A stretch of 33,182 nucleotides of DNA from Candidatus Zixiibacteriota bacterium. Its GTDB lineage: Bacteria; Zixibacteria; MSB-5A5; GN15; JAAZOE01. The notes below the pieces were generated by a model, which saw only the letters and a list, made by a program, of their open reading frames with translations, searched no databases and was not told the DNA's origin. Below are positions 19,224 to 28,036 of the stretch, in pieces. The stretch lies in contig JBDREQ010000071.1 of assembly GCA_043819555.1 (NCBI GenBank), forward strand, positions 1 through 33,182, read 5' to 3'. A program made the translations under genes and the position numbers. The stretch's first letter is position 1. Each line of letters opens with the position of its first letter.

Positions 19224-20585
19224 TTATTTTAATATTTTCCTTACCGATGCGACTAATTTACGCGCCAATGCCGGCGTTCTGGCTTCGGCTATCAATCTAT
19301 ATATCGGCTCCGTGTTGGATTTTCTAATCTGAACCCAGCCGCCTTCCAAATCAAATCGGAGGCCGTCCCTGCGGTCAATTTTGAGCTTTCCAAAAGATAA
19401 TCTTAATTCTTTTTCAACTCTTAATATTTTACGCTCAAATAAAGGCGGAAGTGGAGCTTTCTTTTTTATATTTTGATAGGCAGGAATAGTTCCTGCCAGT
19501 ACGCTCAGTCTTTTTCCTGATTCTGCCAGGTAAGAACAAATTATTGCCGCCGCCACGAGGGCATCCCGGCCGTAATGACATTCCGGCAGGATAACCCCGC
19601 CATTGCCTTCTCCGCCAATAACCGCCTTCCTCCGCCGCATTTCCGCGATAACATTGGCTTCGCCGACCGGACTCATATATACCTTATTGCCCATCATTCG
19701 CGCGATGTCCACCGTCGCCAAAGAGGTCGAGAGATTGATTGCCACCGAACCCTTCTTTTTTCTTAAATAATAAGCAACCGCCAGAGATAGAGTCAATTCT
19801 TCGCCAATTGGCTTTCCATTTTCATCAACCAGGGCCAATCTGTCGGCATCAGGATCACAGGCCAGCCCAACATCGGCCTTATACTTTTTCACCCATTTCC
19901 CCAACTGAGATAAACTCTCGGGAACAGGCTCCGGCTTGCGGAAGAAATCACCATCACCCTTGCAATTAAGCCTGATAACCTGAACTCCCAATTTCTCCAA
20001 TAACCTGGGGAGAGCTTCGGATCCGGCTCCGTTAATAGCATCGACGACGACTTTCAACCGAGCCTTTTTTATCTTTGGCTGATTAATCGATTTAATTTTC
20101 AGTACTTTTGATATATGTCTCTTAATCGCCTCACTATCGAAAACTATCTTGCCAATATTATCATGAGCGGCAAGTGGTATTTCTTTTCCTGACCTTAATA
20201 TCTTCTCGAGACGATTATATTGGGCCTTGGTGATAAATTCACCCAGATTGTTGAAAAACTTAAGCGCATTCCACTCGGCCGGATTGTGGCTGGCCGTAAT
20301 CGCAATTCCGCCCGCGGCTTTATGGTGAACCACTTCCAATTCAACAGTCGGCGTCGGGACTATGCCCAAATCGACAACGTTACAACCGGTCATCGCCAAA
20401 GTGGAACATACAAGTTGAGAGAAATACTGCCCGGATGGGCGACTGTCACGTCCGACAACCACTTTTCCTTTTTTTAAAAAATAACCGAAGGCGGCAACAT
20501 ATTTAACCACCGTAAACGGTGTTAAAGATTGTCCAACAATACCCCTGATTCCCGAAGTCGATTTCATCAAAGGCGCTTTTTTCAA
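19224..20585 (-). CDS. glmM: Phosphoglucosamine mutase (alpha-D-phosphohexomutase family)
   Basis: ITASHNP phosphoserine loop; DPDADR metal loop; GGEGNGG; RKSNTEP; TTG start after AGGAGG; directly upstream of glmS. Confidence 0.88.
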   Translation of the reverse strand: MKKAPLMKSTSGIRGIVGQSLTPFTVVKYVAAFGYFLKKGKVVVGRDSRPSGQYFSQLVCSTLAMTGCNVVDLGIVPTPTVELEVVHHKAAGGIAITASHNPAEWNALKFFNNLGEFITKAQYNRLEKILRSGKEIPLAAHDNIGKIVFDSEAIKRHISKVLKIKSINQPKIKKARLKVVVDAINGAGSEALPRLLEKLGVQVIRLNCKGDGDFFRKPEPVPESLSQLGKWVKKYKADVGLACDPDADRLALVDENGKPIGEELTLSLAVAYYLRKKKGSVAINLSTSLATVDIARMMGNKVYMSPVGEANVIAEMRRRKAVIGGEGNGGVILPECHYGRDALVAAAIICSYLAESGKRLSVLAGTIPAYQNIKKKAPLPPLFERKILRVEKELRLSFGKLKIDRRDGLRFDLEGGWVQIRKSNTEPIYRLIAEARTPALARKLVASVRKILK

Positions 20586-20819
20586 ATGTCCTCCTTGAGT
20601 CGAACCCTAAAAATAAAGATTCCCCTGTAATTAGCCAACTATAATATACTCCGACAGGAATAAATATATCAAAACAAGAATACGCATTTTTTTGCATATT
20701 TCACATATTAAAATCTCATTTCCGTTGCTATTAAGAATTCCCAATGAGTTGTACCAGCTTTACTTAGTTATTTAAGGAAAGCCGGGCATAACCCTTGCGA
20801 TTATCGCCCGGAGGCAAAA

Positions 20820-21254
20820 ATGAAGAAATGTTTAGTATATTTGATAGCAGTATTTGGAATGTCAATCTTTTGTGGGACAGTAATGGCCAAATCATATCCG
20901 AGGGACGCGAGATTCAAAGAACTGTCCTTTCATAAGGACAAGTGGTATTTTATCGATCACAAGAACTGGTATATAAAGGCTCCCGATAAATGGACTCATT
21001 TTATGGGCAGTCGGGCCGTGGCGGAGGTTACAGCCGCCGCTATTAACGATAAAACCTGGGGCAGCGTAATTGCCCTTGGCTTTGGACTTCTCAAGGAAGT
21101 TGATGACGGCTACCGAGAAGGCTGGTCAAAACGCGATATATATATGGATGTTGGGGGAATAACGTCGTTTTTATTGATGCCGGAAAAGATTGAATTCCTG
21201 GCATATTACGACAATTCCGCTATCATGTTTAAAATGAGTTTTATCATAGATTAA
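20820..21254 (+). CDS. YfiM/DUF2279-like exported or membrane protein
   Basis: Signal peptide; DKWTHF; GLLKEVDD; GWSKRD...D..G; RBS GGAGG. Confidence 0.7.
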   Translation: MKKCLVYLIAVFGMSIFCGTVMAKSYPRDARFKELSFHKDKWYFIDHKNWYIKAPDKWTHFMGSRAVAEVTAAAINDKTWGSVIALGFGLLKEVDDGYREGWSKRDIYMDVGGITSFLLMPEKIEFLAYYDNSAIMFKMSFIID

Positions 21255-21278
21255 AAATCAGAATATAATCAAAAAATA

Positions 21279-21310
21279 AAAAACCGGCTTATTCATCAGC
21301 CGGTCTTTTG
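21279..21310. terminator. Bidirectional intrinsic terminator
   Basis: A-run-ACCGGCT-tattcatc-AGCCGGT-CTTTT. Confidence 0.8.
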
Positions 21311-21422
21311 TGTATGCGGTATCAGGCGATACAGATGGGGTTTGATTTTACAATAAATCCTTTTTAATAATTCCCTTGTCTCCATTTAACAAAGCCACAC
21401 CATCCAAAATTGCCGATAGCGT

Positions 21423-21542
21423 TTACTTTTTATTCTCGGAACTCTGTTTATTTTTCCTTTTCAATATTATAGGAACTGGAATCAAAAAAAACAAAGCTAC
21501 CAGTCCGACCGCTATTATATTGTTTGTAGATCCGATATCCAT
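21423..21542 (-). CDS. 39-aa single-TM peptide with basic tail (below the ORF-track cutoff)
   Basis: MDIGSTNNIIAVGLVALFFLIPVPIILKRKNKQSSENKK*; RBS AGGAG-agaat-ATG. Confidence 0.65.
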   Translation of the reverse strand: MDIGSTNNIIAVGLVALFFLIPVPIILKRKNKQSSENKK

Positions 21543-21734
21543 ATTCTCTCCTGCCTGTTCAGTATACATTAGACAGGAGAACTTTATTCAAAGTTGCCGA
21601 AAAAATTCTTAAAAAATGTTAAAAAGGGATGGATTGATAATATGCGATAGATAAAAGAGCGATCTTATTTACTAAGATATTCGCCTGAAAATCGCTCCTA
21701 TTCCAAGAGAATCAACTATGCGCAAATAGAAGCA

Positions 21735-22547
21735 TTACTTCGATTTCATCTTCTGAGCCAGCTCCCAGAGATTGACGTATGATGAATCAATGGTGAAGAT
21801 TTCATGAATCATTGAACCGTCGCCGTTAAATTCTCCGGTTGCCCCATAATTGAATTTCTGGACAAACACGAGGTAATCGTTAACAATCGGTGTCTGCAAT
21901 TGACAAAGCCCCTCGACAAATGTCTCTTTGGCGGGATAACGAGCCGATTCAAAATCATAAATTGTTTCCCATTGGCAATCGCCCTTATCCAGGATATACA
22001 TGTAACGGCGCCAGACTTTTTCCATATCGCCGCCGCCGGAACGGGCCATGATAAACCGGGATGAATCGGGGAAAAGGTAACTGCCATCGAGATTGACCGC
22101 GGCGTCGAGATTCGGGAAATTCTCTCCAACGCACATAAGGCGAATGTTCTCTCCTTCAACTTTCCATTTGGTCATAATAGCGCTGACTTTTTGCCTGCTT
22201 TTGACATCGACCAATGATGCATAAATGATTCCTTCGTCGGAAATCTCCAGTGTTGCCTGGGCCATATAGGTGTACCATGGAGGTAAGCCGAAAAATTTCC
22301 CCTGCTCATCCGGAAACTCGCCGATTTTATTGATATACTCCATCGGTTCGAGTTCGTTCCAGCCGGAGATATCGAACGCGGTGAATGATCCTGATACTTC
22401 ATCAAACGTGCCAATGAAATATTTGAGGCTCTCTTTGGCGATGACAATTTCGGCACCAGCTGTGGTACCCGAATCGGTTTTCTGATCCGATCCGCAGGCA
22501 GCTAAAAGAAGGATAGCCGCCAACCCTGCAAAAATAATTTTTCTCAT
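21735..22547 (-). CDS. Hypothetical lipoprotein
   Basis: MRK + hydrophobic stretch + LAA-C lipobox; TTTACA-N17-TATATT-N6-ATG upstream. Confidence 0.82.
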   Translation of the reverse strand: MRKIIFAGLAAILLLAACGSDQKTDSGTTAGAEIVIAKESLKYFIGTFDEVSGSFTAFDISGWNELEPMEYINKIGEFPDEQGKFFGLPPWYTYMAQATLEISDEGIIYASLVDVKSRQKVSAIMTKWKVEGENIRLMCVGENFPNLDAAVNLDGSYLFPDSSRFIMARSGGGDMEKVWRRYMYILDKGDCQWETIYDFESARYPAKETFVEGLCQLQTPIVNDYLVFVQKFNYGATGEFNGDGSMIHEIFTIDSSYVNLWELAQKMKSK

Positions 22548-22645
22548 GGGGATAATATATGCTATGGGTTCAATTTTGTAAAGAGAGACGTTAATAACAA
22601 ATTTAGCTCTCTTGACTTGAAAAACAATTGCCCTATATTCTATTC
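22548..22645. promoter_or_regulatory. Divergent sigma70-type promoters, both apparently leaderless
   Basis: Plus: TTGACT(22612)-N16-TATATT(22634)-N6-ATG(22646). Minus: TTTACA(22582)-N17-TATATT(22559)-N6-ATG(22547). Confidence 0.65.
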
Positions 22646-23413
22646 ATGCTTTTGGCAATCGACATAGGCAATACCAACACCGTTGTCGGGGTGTTTGAAA
22701 ACGGGAATCTCATTGGAGATTTTCGGGTGGCATCGGCTCTAAACCTGACAATCGATGAAGCGGGGCTTTTTATATCATCGCTTTTTCACCATCATATTGA
22801 TGCCGAATTAAGCCAGGTCAGGCGTGTCGCTATCTGTTCGGTGGTGCCACATTTGACTGATATATATCATAAAATGATTCTCAAGTATTTCAATCTCGAA
22901 CCGCTGGTGATATCGTCTAAAATAAAATTGCCAATCAAAATCGATTATCCAAAACCGGACGAAATCGGGGCCGACCGGCTGGCCAATGCCGCCGCCGGAT
23001 TTGCGCGCTTCAAAACCGGACTGATTGTTGTCGATTTGGGGACGGCCACGACTTTTGATGTTATTTCTGAAGATGGCTCATATATAGGAGGCATAATAGC
23101 TCCGGGACCGGAAACGGCCGGCGCGAATCTAGCCAAAAAAGCGGCGCAACTGTTTGAAGTCGATCTCACAAAACCGGATTCGGTTATCGGGAAATCGACC
23201 GCCCACGCCATTAAATCAGGCCTGCATTTCGGCACCGTCGGGATGATTGATTATATAGTGGAAAAGATATTTGAGGAGACCGGAAATCAATACGCAGTCG
23301 TTGCCACTGGCGGGGCTGCAAATTCGTATGTGTCTGATAGTAAATATCTTAGTGAATATTTACCGACTCTGACACTGGAGGGAATTCAAATCATCGCCAA
23401 TTGTAATTCCTAA
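22646..23413 (+). CDS. coaX: Type III pantothenate kinase
   Basis: LAIDIGNTN; ICSVVP; IGADR; VVDLGTATTFD; GGIIAPG; ATGG; LTLEG. Confidence 0.96.
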   Translation: MLLAIDIGNTNTVVGVFENGNLIGDFRVASALNLTIDEAGLFISSLFHHHIDAELSQVRRVAICSVVPHLTDIYHKMILKYFNLEPLVISSKIKLPIKIDYPKPDEIGADRLANAAAGFARFKTGLIVVDLGTATTFDVISEDGSYIGGIIAPGPETAGANLAKKAAQLFEVDLTKPDSVIGKSTAHAIKSGLHFGTVGMIDYIVEKIFEETGNQYAVVATGGAANSYVSDSKYLSEYLPTLTLEGIQIIANCNS

Positions 23414-23509
23414 CAAAAATTTAAGGAACTTTTGGCAAAACTCACAGTTTAAAGAACTTATCAGAAATCGCTTGACAATAATTAGGCGATTCTTTTTATT
23501 GCTCATCTG

Positions 23510-23536
23510 TTAGCACTCACCTACGACGAGTGCTAA
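23510..23536 (+). promoter_or_regulatory. CIRCE element (HrcA operator)
   Basis: Exact TTAGCACTC-N9-GAGTGCTAA; TTGACA at 23472-23477 upstream. Confidence 0.97.
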
Positions 23537-23587
23537 AAGGATAAAATAAAATTAAAGAGAGCTAGTACCTATAAAGGAGGATGTAAC

Positions 23588-23875
23588 ATGGCAGTAAAAC
23601 CGTTGGCCGATAGGGTTTTGATTAAACCGATCGAAGCGGCAGAAGAAAAAAAGGGCGGAATTATAATTCCTGATACCGCCAAGGAAAAGCCGGTGCGGGG
23701 CGAAGTTATAGAAGTCGGCACTGGTCGCCAGACTGAAGAGGGTAAAGTCATCCCGATGACAGTCAAAAAAGGCGACAAAATTTTGTATGGTAAGTATTCC
23801 GGAACGGAAATCTCAATCGATAATGAAGAGATGCTTATCATGCGTGAATCTGATGTTCTGGCCATTATTAATTAA
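23588..23875 (+). CDS. groES: Co-chaperonin GroES
   Basis: [50 protein letters not shown]. Confidence 0.99.
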   Translation: MAVKPLADRVLIKPIEAAEEKKGGIIIPDTAKEKPVRGEVIEVGTGRQTEEGKVIPMTVKKGDKILYGKYSGTEISIDNEEMLIMRESDVLAIIN

Positions 23876-23891
23876 ATAAGGAGTGATAGAA

Positions 23892-25538
23892 ATGGCAAAA
23901 ATTATAGAATATGATGCGAAAGCCCGCGAAAAATTGCTCAAAGGTATCGACCAGCTGGCTAACGCCGTTAAGATTACTCTGGGACCGCGCGGCCGCAATG
24001 TCAGCATAGATAAAAAATTCGGCTCTCCGACGATTACCAAAGACGGCGTTACCGTCGCCAAGGAAATCGAACTGGAAGATCCGTTTGAAAACATGGGTGC
24101 CCAGATGGTCAAGGAAGTTGCTTCCAAGACTTCCGATGTTGCCGGTGATGGCACCACGACCGCGACCGTTCTGGCCCAGGCCATCTACAAAGAAGGCGTC
24201 AAACATATCACGGCCGGAGCCAATGCTATGGCTGTCAAGCGCGGAATCGACAAAGCCGTTGAGGCCGCCGTTGAGAGTATAAAAAGCCAATCCAAGCCGG
24301 TTTCTGGCAAGGAAGAAATAAGCCAGGTCGGCGCGATTTCGGCTAACAATGATAAATTCATTGGCGACAAAATTGCCGAAGCGATGGAAAAAGTCGGCAA
24401 AGACGGCGTAATCACCATCGAGGAATCCAAAACCGCCGAAACTTATATGGATGTCGTTGAAGGGATGCAGTTCGACCGCGGTTACCTGTCACCTTATTTC
24501 GTGACCAATCCCGATGCGATGGAAGCGGTGCTTGAAGATGCTTTGGTTCTCATTCATGACAAGAAAATCTCGAACATGAAAGACCTTCTGCCGGTTCTTG
24601 AAAAAATCGCTCAGTTGGGCAAACCCCTTTTGATTATTGCTGAGGATGTCGAAGGCGAAGCCCTGGCGACTCTGGTCGTCAACAAACTGCGCAATACCAT
24701 CAAAGTCTGCGCCGTCAAGGCTCCCGGATTTGGCGATCGCCGCAAGGCAATGCTTGATGATATCGCGATTCTGACGGGCGGCCGGGTAATCTCCGAAGAA
24801 GTCGGATTCAAACTCGAAAACGCCGTCGTCGAAGATCTTGGTAACGCCAAGAAAATCGCCGTCGACAAAGATAACACAACGATTGTTGAAGGTGCCGGAT
24901 CGACCGATGAAATCAAGGCTCGCATCGATAATATCCGCAAACAGATTGAAGACACTACCTCCGATTACGACTGCGAGAAATTGCAGGAACGCCTGGCCAA
25001 GCTGGCTGGCGGTGTGGCCGTTATCAATGTCGGCGCGGCGACTGAAACCGAAATGAAGGAAAAGAAAGCCCGCGTCGAAGACGCCCTGAACGCTACTCGC
25101 GCCGCAGTTGAGGAAGGCATCGTTCCCGGTGGCGGTGTCGTTATGCTTCGCGCTATCAAGGCGGTGGAAGCCTGTGACAAATGCGAAGGCGATGAGAATA
25201 TCGGCAAATTGATTATCAAACGCGCTCTCGAAGAGCCGCTTCGCCAGATCGCTCATAATGCCGGTGTCGAGCAGTCAATCGTTGTCAGCAAAGTTCGCGA
25301 CCAAAAAGGCGGCTTCGGTTACAACGCTCAAACCGACGTTTATGAAGATCTCTTCAAAGCAGGTGTCATCGACCCGACTAAGGTCGCACGCTCCGCTTTG
25401 GAAAACGCTTCCTCCATTGCCGGTTTGCTTCTGACCACCGACTGCATCGTGGCCGACAAACCGGAAAAAGATAAACCGGGTATGCCCGATATGAGCGGCA
25501 TGGGCGGCATGGGTGGCATGGGCGGCGGCATGTACTAA
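23892..25538 (+). CDS. groEL: Chaperonin GroEL
   Basis: [34 protein letters not shown]-repeat tail. ATG 23892 preferred. Confidence 0.99.
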   Translation: MAKIIEYDAKAREKLLKGIDQLANAVKITLGPRGRNVSIDKKFGSPTITKDGVTVAKEIELEDPFENMGAQMVKEVASKTSDVAGDGTTTATVLAQAIYKEGVKHITAGANAMAVKRGIDKAVEAAVESIKSQSKPVSGKEEISQVGAISANNDKFIGDKIAEAMEKVGKDGVITIEESKTAETYMDVVEGMQFDRGYLSPYFVTNPDAMEAVLEDALVLIHDKKISNMKDLLPVLEKIAQLGKPLLIIAEDVEGEALATLVVNKLRNTIKVCAVKAPGFGDRRKAMLDDIAILTGGRVISEEVGFKLENAVVEDLGNAKKIAVDKDNTTIVEGAGSTDEIKARIDNIRKQIEDTTSDYDCEKLQERLAKLAGGVAVINVGAATETEMKEKKARVEDALNATRAAVEEGIVPGGGVVMLRAIKAVEACDKCEGDENIGKLIIKRALEEPLRQIAHNAGVEQSIVVSKVRDQKGGFGYNAQTDVYEDLFKAGVIDPTKVARSALENASSIAGLLLTTDCIVADKPEKDKPGMPDMSGMGGMGGMGGGMY

Positions 25539-25587
25539 GCTGTCTCCTGAATTACTCAGGACGACTTACATTGATTGTACATCTTGG

Positions 25588-25623
25588 AAGGGGATGGCAT
25601 TGCAAAGTGCCATCCCCTTTTTT
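25588..25623 (+). terminator. groESL terminator
   Basis: AAGGGGATGGCA-ttgcaaag-TGCCATCCCCTTTTTT. Confidence 0.9.
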
Positions 25624-25652
25624 CTGAGTAACAAGGATTTAAAGGAGAAAAG

Positions 25653-26060
25653 ATGGATATTTTTAAATCAATTGAAAAGGCTGGAAAGTTAGCAATCGAG
25701 TCTAAGCGCATGGATTTGCATGAAGAACTTCTTGATGTTAGGAAAGAATTCAATGAGATACAGGATAAGAATCTTAAATTGATTGAAGAGAATAATTCGC
25801 TCAAAGAAAAATTGGAAATACAAGCAAATGTTATTTTTGAAAACGGATTGTGTTGGCTGGAAGGCGATTCCAATACTAAGGAGGATAAAGCACTATTATG
25901 TAGTAACTGCTATCAAAGTGATGGGAAAATAATGCGACTATCTATTAAGCCTCGTAAAAATGGCAGGGTGTCTGCGCAATGTACAGAGTGTAAGAACCAT
26001 TATGTTTTAAATGAAGGCAAGCCTTTTTCAGGTTTTGAAGTTGATCCATATGGCGGGTAA
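25653..26060 (+). CDS. Hypothetical protein: coiled coil plus C4 zinc ribbon
   Basis: RBS AAGGAG; heptad-rich N-terminal half; CSNC...CTEC. Confidence 0.75.
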   Translation: MDIFKSIEKAGKLAIESKRMDLHEELLDVRKEFNEIQDKNLKLIEENNSLKEKLEIQANVIFENGLCWLEGDSNTKEDKALLCSNCYQSDGKIMRLSIKPRKNGRVSAQCTECKNHYVLNEGKPFSGFEVDPYGG

Positions 26061-26067
26061 TCCCCCT

Positions 26068-26229
26068 GGGTGCGGAAACCGTGCCACACTATTTTTATTG
26101 CATTTGTCATTGCGAGCGAACGCAGTGAGCGTGGCAATCTATGGGCTTGGGATAATAAAGAACAGATCGCCACGTCGGCCTTTGGCCTCCTCGCGATGAC
26201 GAGTATTATTTTCTGGATTCCCGACTCGT
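26068..26229 (+). repeat. 162-bp direct repeat copy 1 (REP/RPE-like composite)
   Basis: Matches 26449-26610 with 2 mismatches; contains GTCATTGCGAG...CTCGCGATGAC palindromic ends. Confidence 0.92.
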
Positions 26230-26336
26230 TCCATTAAAACGGAACTCTCGAGAATGACAAGGATGAATGCTGCGTCTGCAATAATGGTCATTGGATAAAT
26301 TGTGGGCGGCAGACGTCCTCGTCTACCTCATTTTTA

Positions 26337-26422
26337 GTAGGGATGAAGCCCGCCGGGTTTCATCGAGAAAATTAATATCCCCGCAAAGCGGGGATGGCAG
26401 GAGCCCTATGGGCTCCATCCCT
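26337..26422. repeat. GTAG-type REP doublet (REPIN-like)
   Basis: GTAGGGATGAAGCCC-gcc-GGGTTTCATC ... ATCCCCGC-aaa-GCGGGGAT ... GGAGCCC-tat-GGGCTCCATCCCT. Confidence 0.6.
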
Positions 26423-26448
26423 CTGTTTTCACTAATGTAATTCTATCC

Positions 26449-26610
26449 GGGTGCGGAAACCGTGCCACAGTATTTTTATTGCATTTGTCATTGCGAGCGA
26501 ACGCAGTGAGCGTGGCAATCTATGGGCTTGGGATAATAAAGAACAGATCGCCACATCGGCCTTTGGCCTCCTCGCGATGACGAGTATTATTTTCTGGATT
26601 CCCGACTCGT
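26449..26610 (+). repeat. 162-bp direct repeat copy 2
   Basis: Offset 381 bp from copy 1; followed by a half element closing in GGGAATGAC. Confidence 0.92.
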
Positions 26611-26707
26611 CTCCCGCTGGGCGGAACGCTCTCGGGAATGACAATAACAAACGCTTGTTTTCAATAGGGATCGCTGAATAGATATTTTCCGGCGTAATGC
26701 AACAAAT

Positions 26708-26742
26708 AAAAATACCCCTTCAATTGCTGAAGGGATTTTTTT
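26708..26742. terminator. Intrinsic terminator
   Basis: A-run...CCCTTCA-attgc-TGAAGGG-ATTTTTTT downstream of the minus-strand Cys-rich gene. Confidence 0.7.
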
Positions 26743-26768
26743 ATTATACTTGATTATTATTTCAATTT

Positions 26769-27806
26769 CTAATTAGGGGGATTTTGATTTATTTTCTTGG
26801 TGACGCCTGCATCATCGTTAAACACATTTAATGCGGGAGGAGCCGAACAAACGCCGGAATTACATAAATATCCCGGAGGACATTGATAACCACACATCCC
26901 ACAGTTATTTTCATCAGAATTTGTATTGACACATTGCCCGGCACAATTGGTCAATCCTGTTTGGCAATTCAAAACACAATTACCATTTTGGCATATATAC
27001 CCCGGAGGACATGAGTTACCGCAATTACCGCAGTTATCTTCATCATCCACAAGATCCACGCACTGGCCGCCGCAATTAACCATACCAGTAGGGCAATTCA
27101 ATTCACAGTTACCACTGACGCAGATATAGCCCGGAGGACATGAGCTGCCGCAAGAGCCACAGTTATCCTCATCGTTAAGAATATCAACGCATTGACCGCC
27201 GCAATTAACCATACCAGTAGAGCAATTCAAAACGCATGCTCCGTTTTGACAAATATATCCCGGAGGACATTGTTGGCCGCACAAACCGCAATTATTTTCA
27301 TCAGATGCCAGATCCACGCACTGGCCGCCGCAATTAACCATACCAGTAGGGCAATTCAATTCACAGTTACCACTGACGCAGATATAGCCCGGAGGACATG
27401 GGCTGCCGCAAGAGCCACAGTTGTCCTCATCGTTAAGAATATCCACGCATTGGCCGCCGCAATTAACCATTCCCGCGGGGCAATTCAAAACGCATTGGCC
27501 GTTACTGCAAATCTGTCCCGGAGGGCATTGGTGACCGCAGGAACCGCAGTTGTAAATATCGTTTGCCAGATTGACACAGATTCCCGCACAATCAATGTAT
27601 CCCATAGGGCAGGCGTTACAGTTTGGGCTGGGGTCGGGACCGCCCTTAAATACAAGGTTGATTAGATATACGGCATCACCGATATTGGTGTCGCCGTCGC
27701 CGTTGGCGTCACCGCAAGTGGTATCGCCAAGCACGCAGACCGGAACACACAAAACCCAAAATACGATTAATAGAAAATAATTTCTTGGATGTAAATACTT
27801 AGTCAT
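26769..27806 (-). CDS. Secreted protein: dockerin-like motif plus six 43-aa Cys-rich (Stig1/myxobacterial-type) repeats
   Basis: ATG 27806 after GGAGG; signal peptide; CGDANGDGDTNIGDAVYLINLVFKGGP; six units of C..G...C.G.CV....D..NCG.CG..CPPG..C..G.C. Confidence 0.88.
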   Translation of the reverse strand: MTKYLHPRNYFLLIVFWVLCVPVCVLGDTTCGDANGDGDTNIGDAVYLINLVFKGGPDPSPNCNACPMGYIDCAGICVNLANDIYNCGSCGHQCPPGQICSNGQCVLNCPAGMVNCGGQCVDILNDEDNCGSCGSPCPPGYICVSGNCELNCPTGMVNCGGQCVDLASDENNCGLCGQQCPPGYICQNGACVLNCSTGMVNCGGQCVDILNDEDNCGSCGSSCPPGYICVSGNCELNCPTGMVNCGGQCVDLVDDEDNCGNCGNSCPPGYICQNGNCVLNCQTGLTNCAGQCVNTNSDENNCGMCGYQCPPGYLCNSGVCSAPPALNVFNDDAGVTKKINQNPPN

Positions 27807-28036
27807 GGCTTCCTCCAAAGTATGATTAGCATTTTTAGCCCCGCAATGAAAAAGTAATAAACAGGTGTATGAGGACAAGATAAGTCTTTATTACAATACG
27901 TCAAGGATTAATTATTGAGCGAAGACAAGAAACAACGTCACCATCAAATACATCAATTTATTTCTTTGATAATCCGGCAACATCATATATAATATTTCAT
28001 GTAAATATATGGGGGCGCAAATTTGGGGAGGATGCT

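Noticed and set aside
21376..21612. 78-aa plus-strand ORF
   Set aside because: Shadow of the minus-strand 39-aa ORF, which has the RBS and a coherent TM plus basic-tail composition.
24489..25256. 255-aa antisense ORF within groEL, and similar shadows over other long genes
   Set aside because: Expected by-product of codon bias on the coding strand.
26068..26610. CRISPR array or IS element
   Set aside because: Only two long copies, no short repeat-spacer period, and no cas or transposase gene.
26011..26681. ORFs 26011-26199, 26432-26650 and 26451-26681
   Set aside because: Translations of the palindromic repeats, not credible genes.
26850..27620. 129-bp periodic DNA as a non-coding array
   Set aside because: It is the in-frame coding repeat of the Cys-rich protein.
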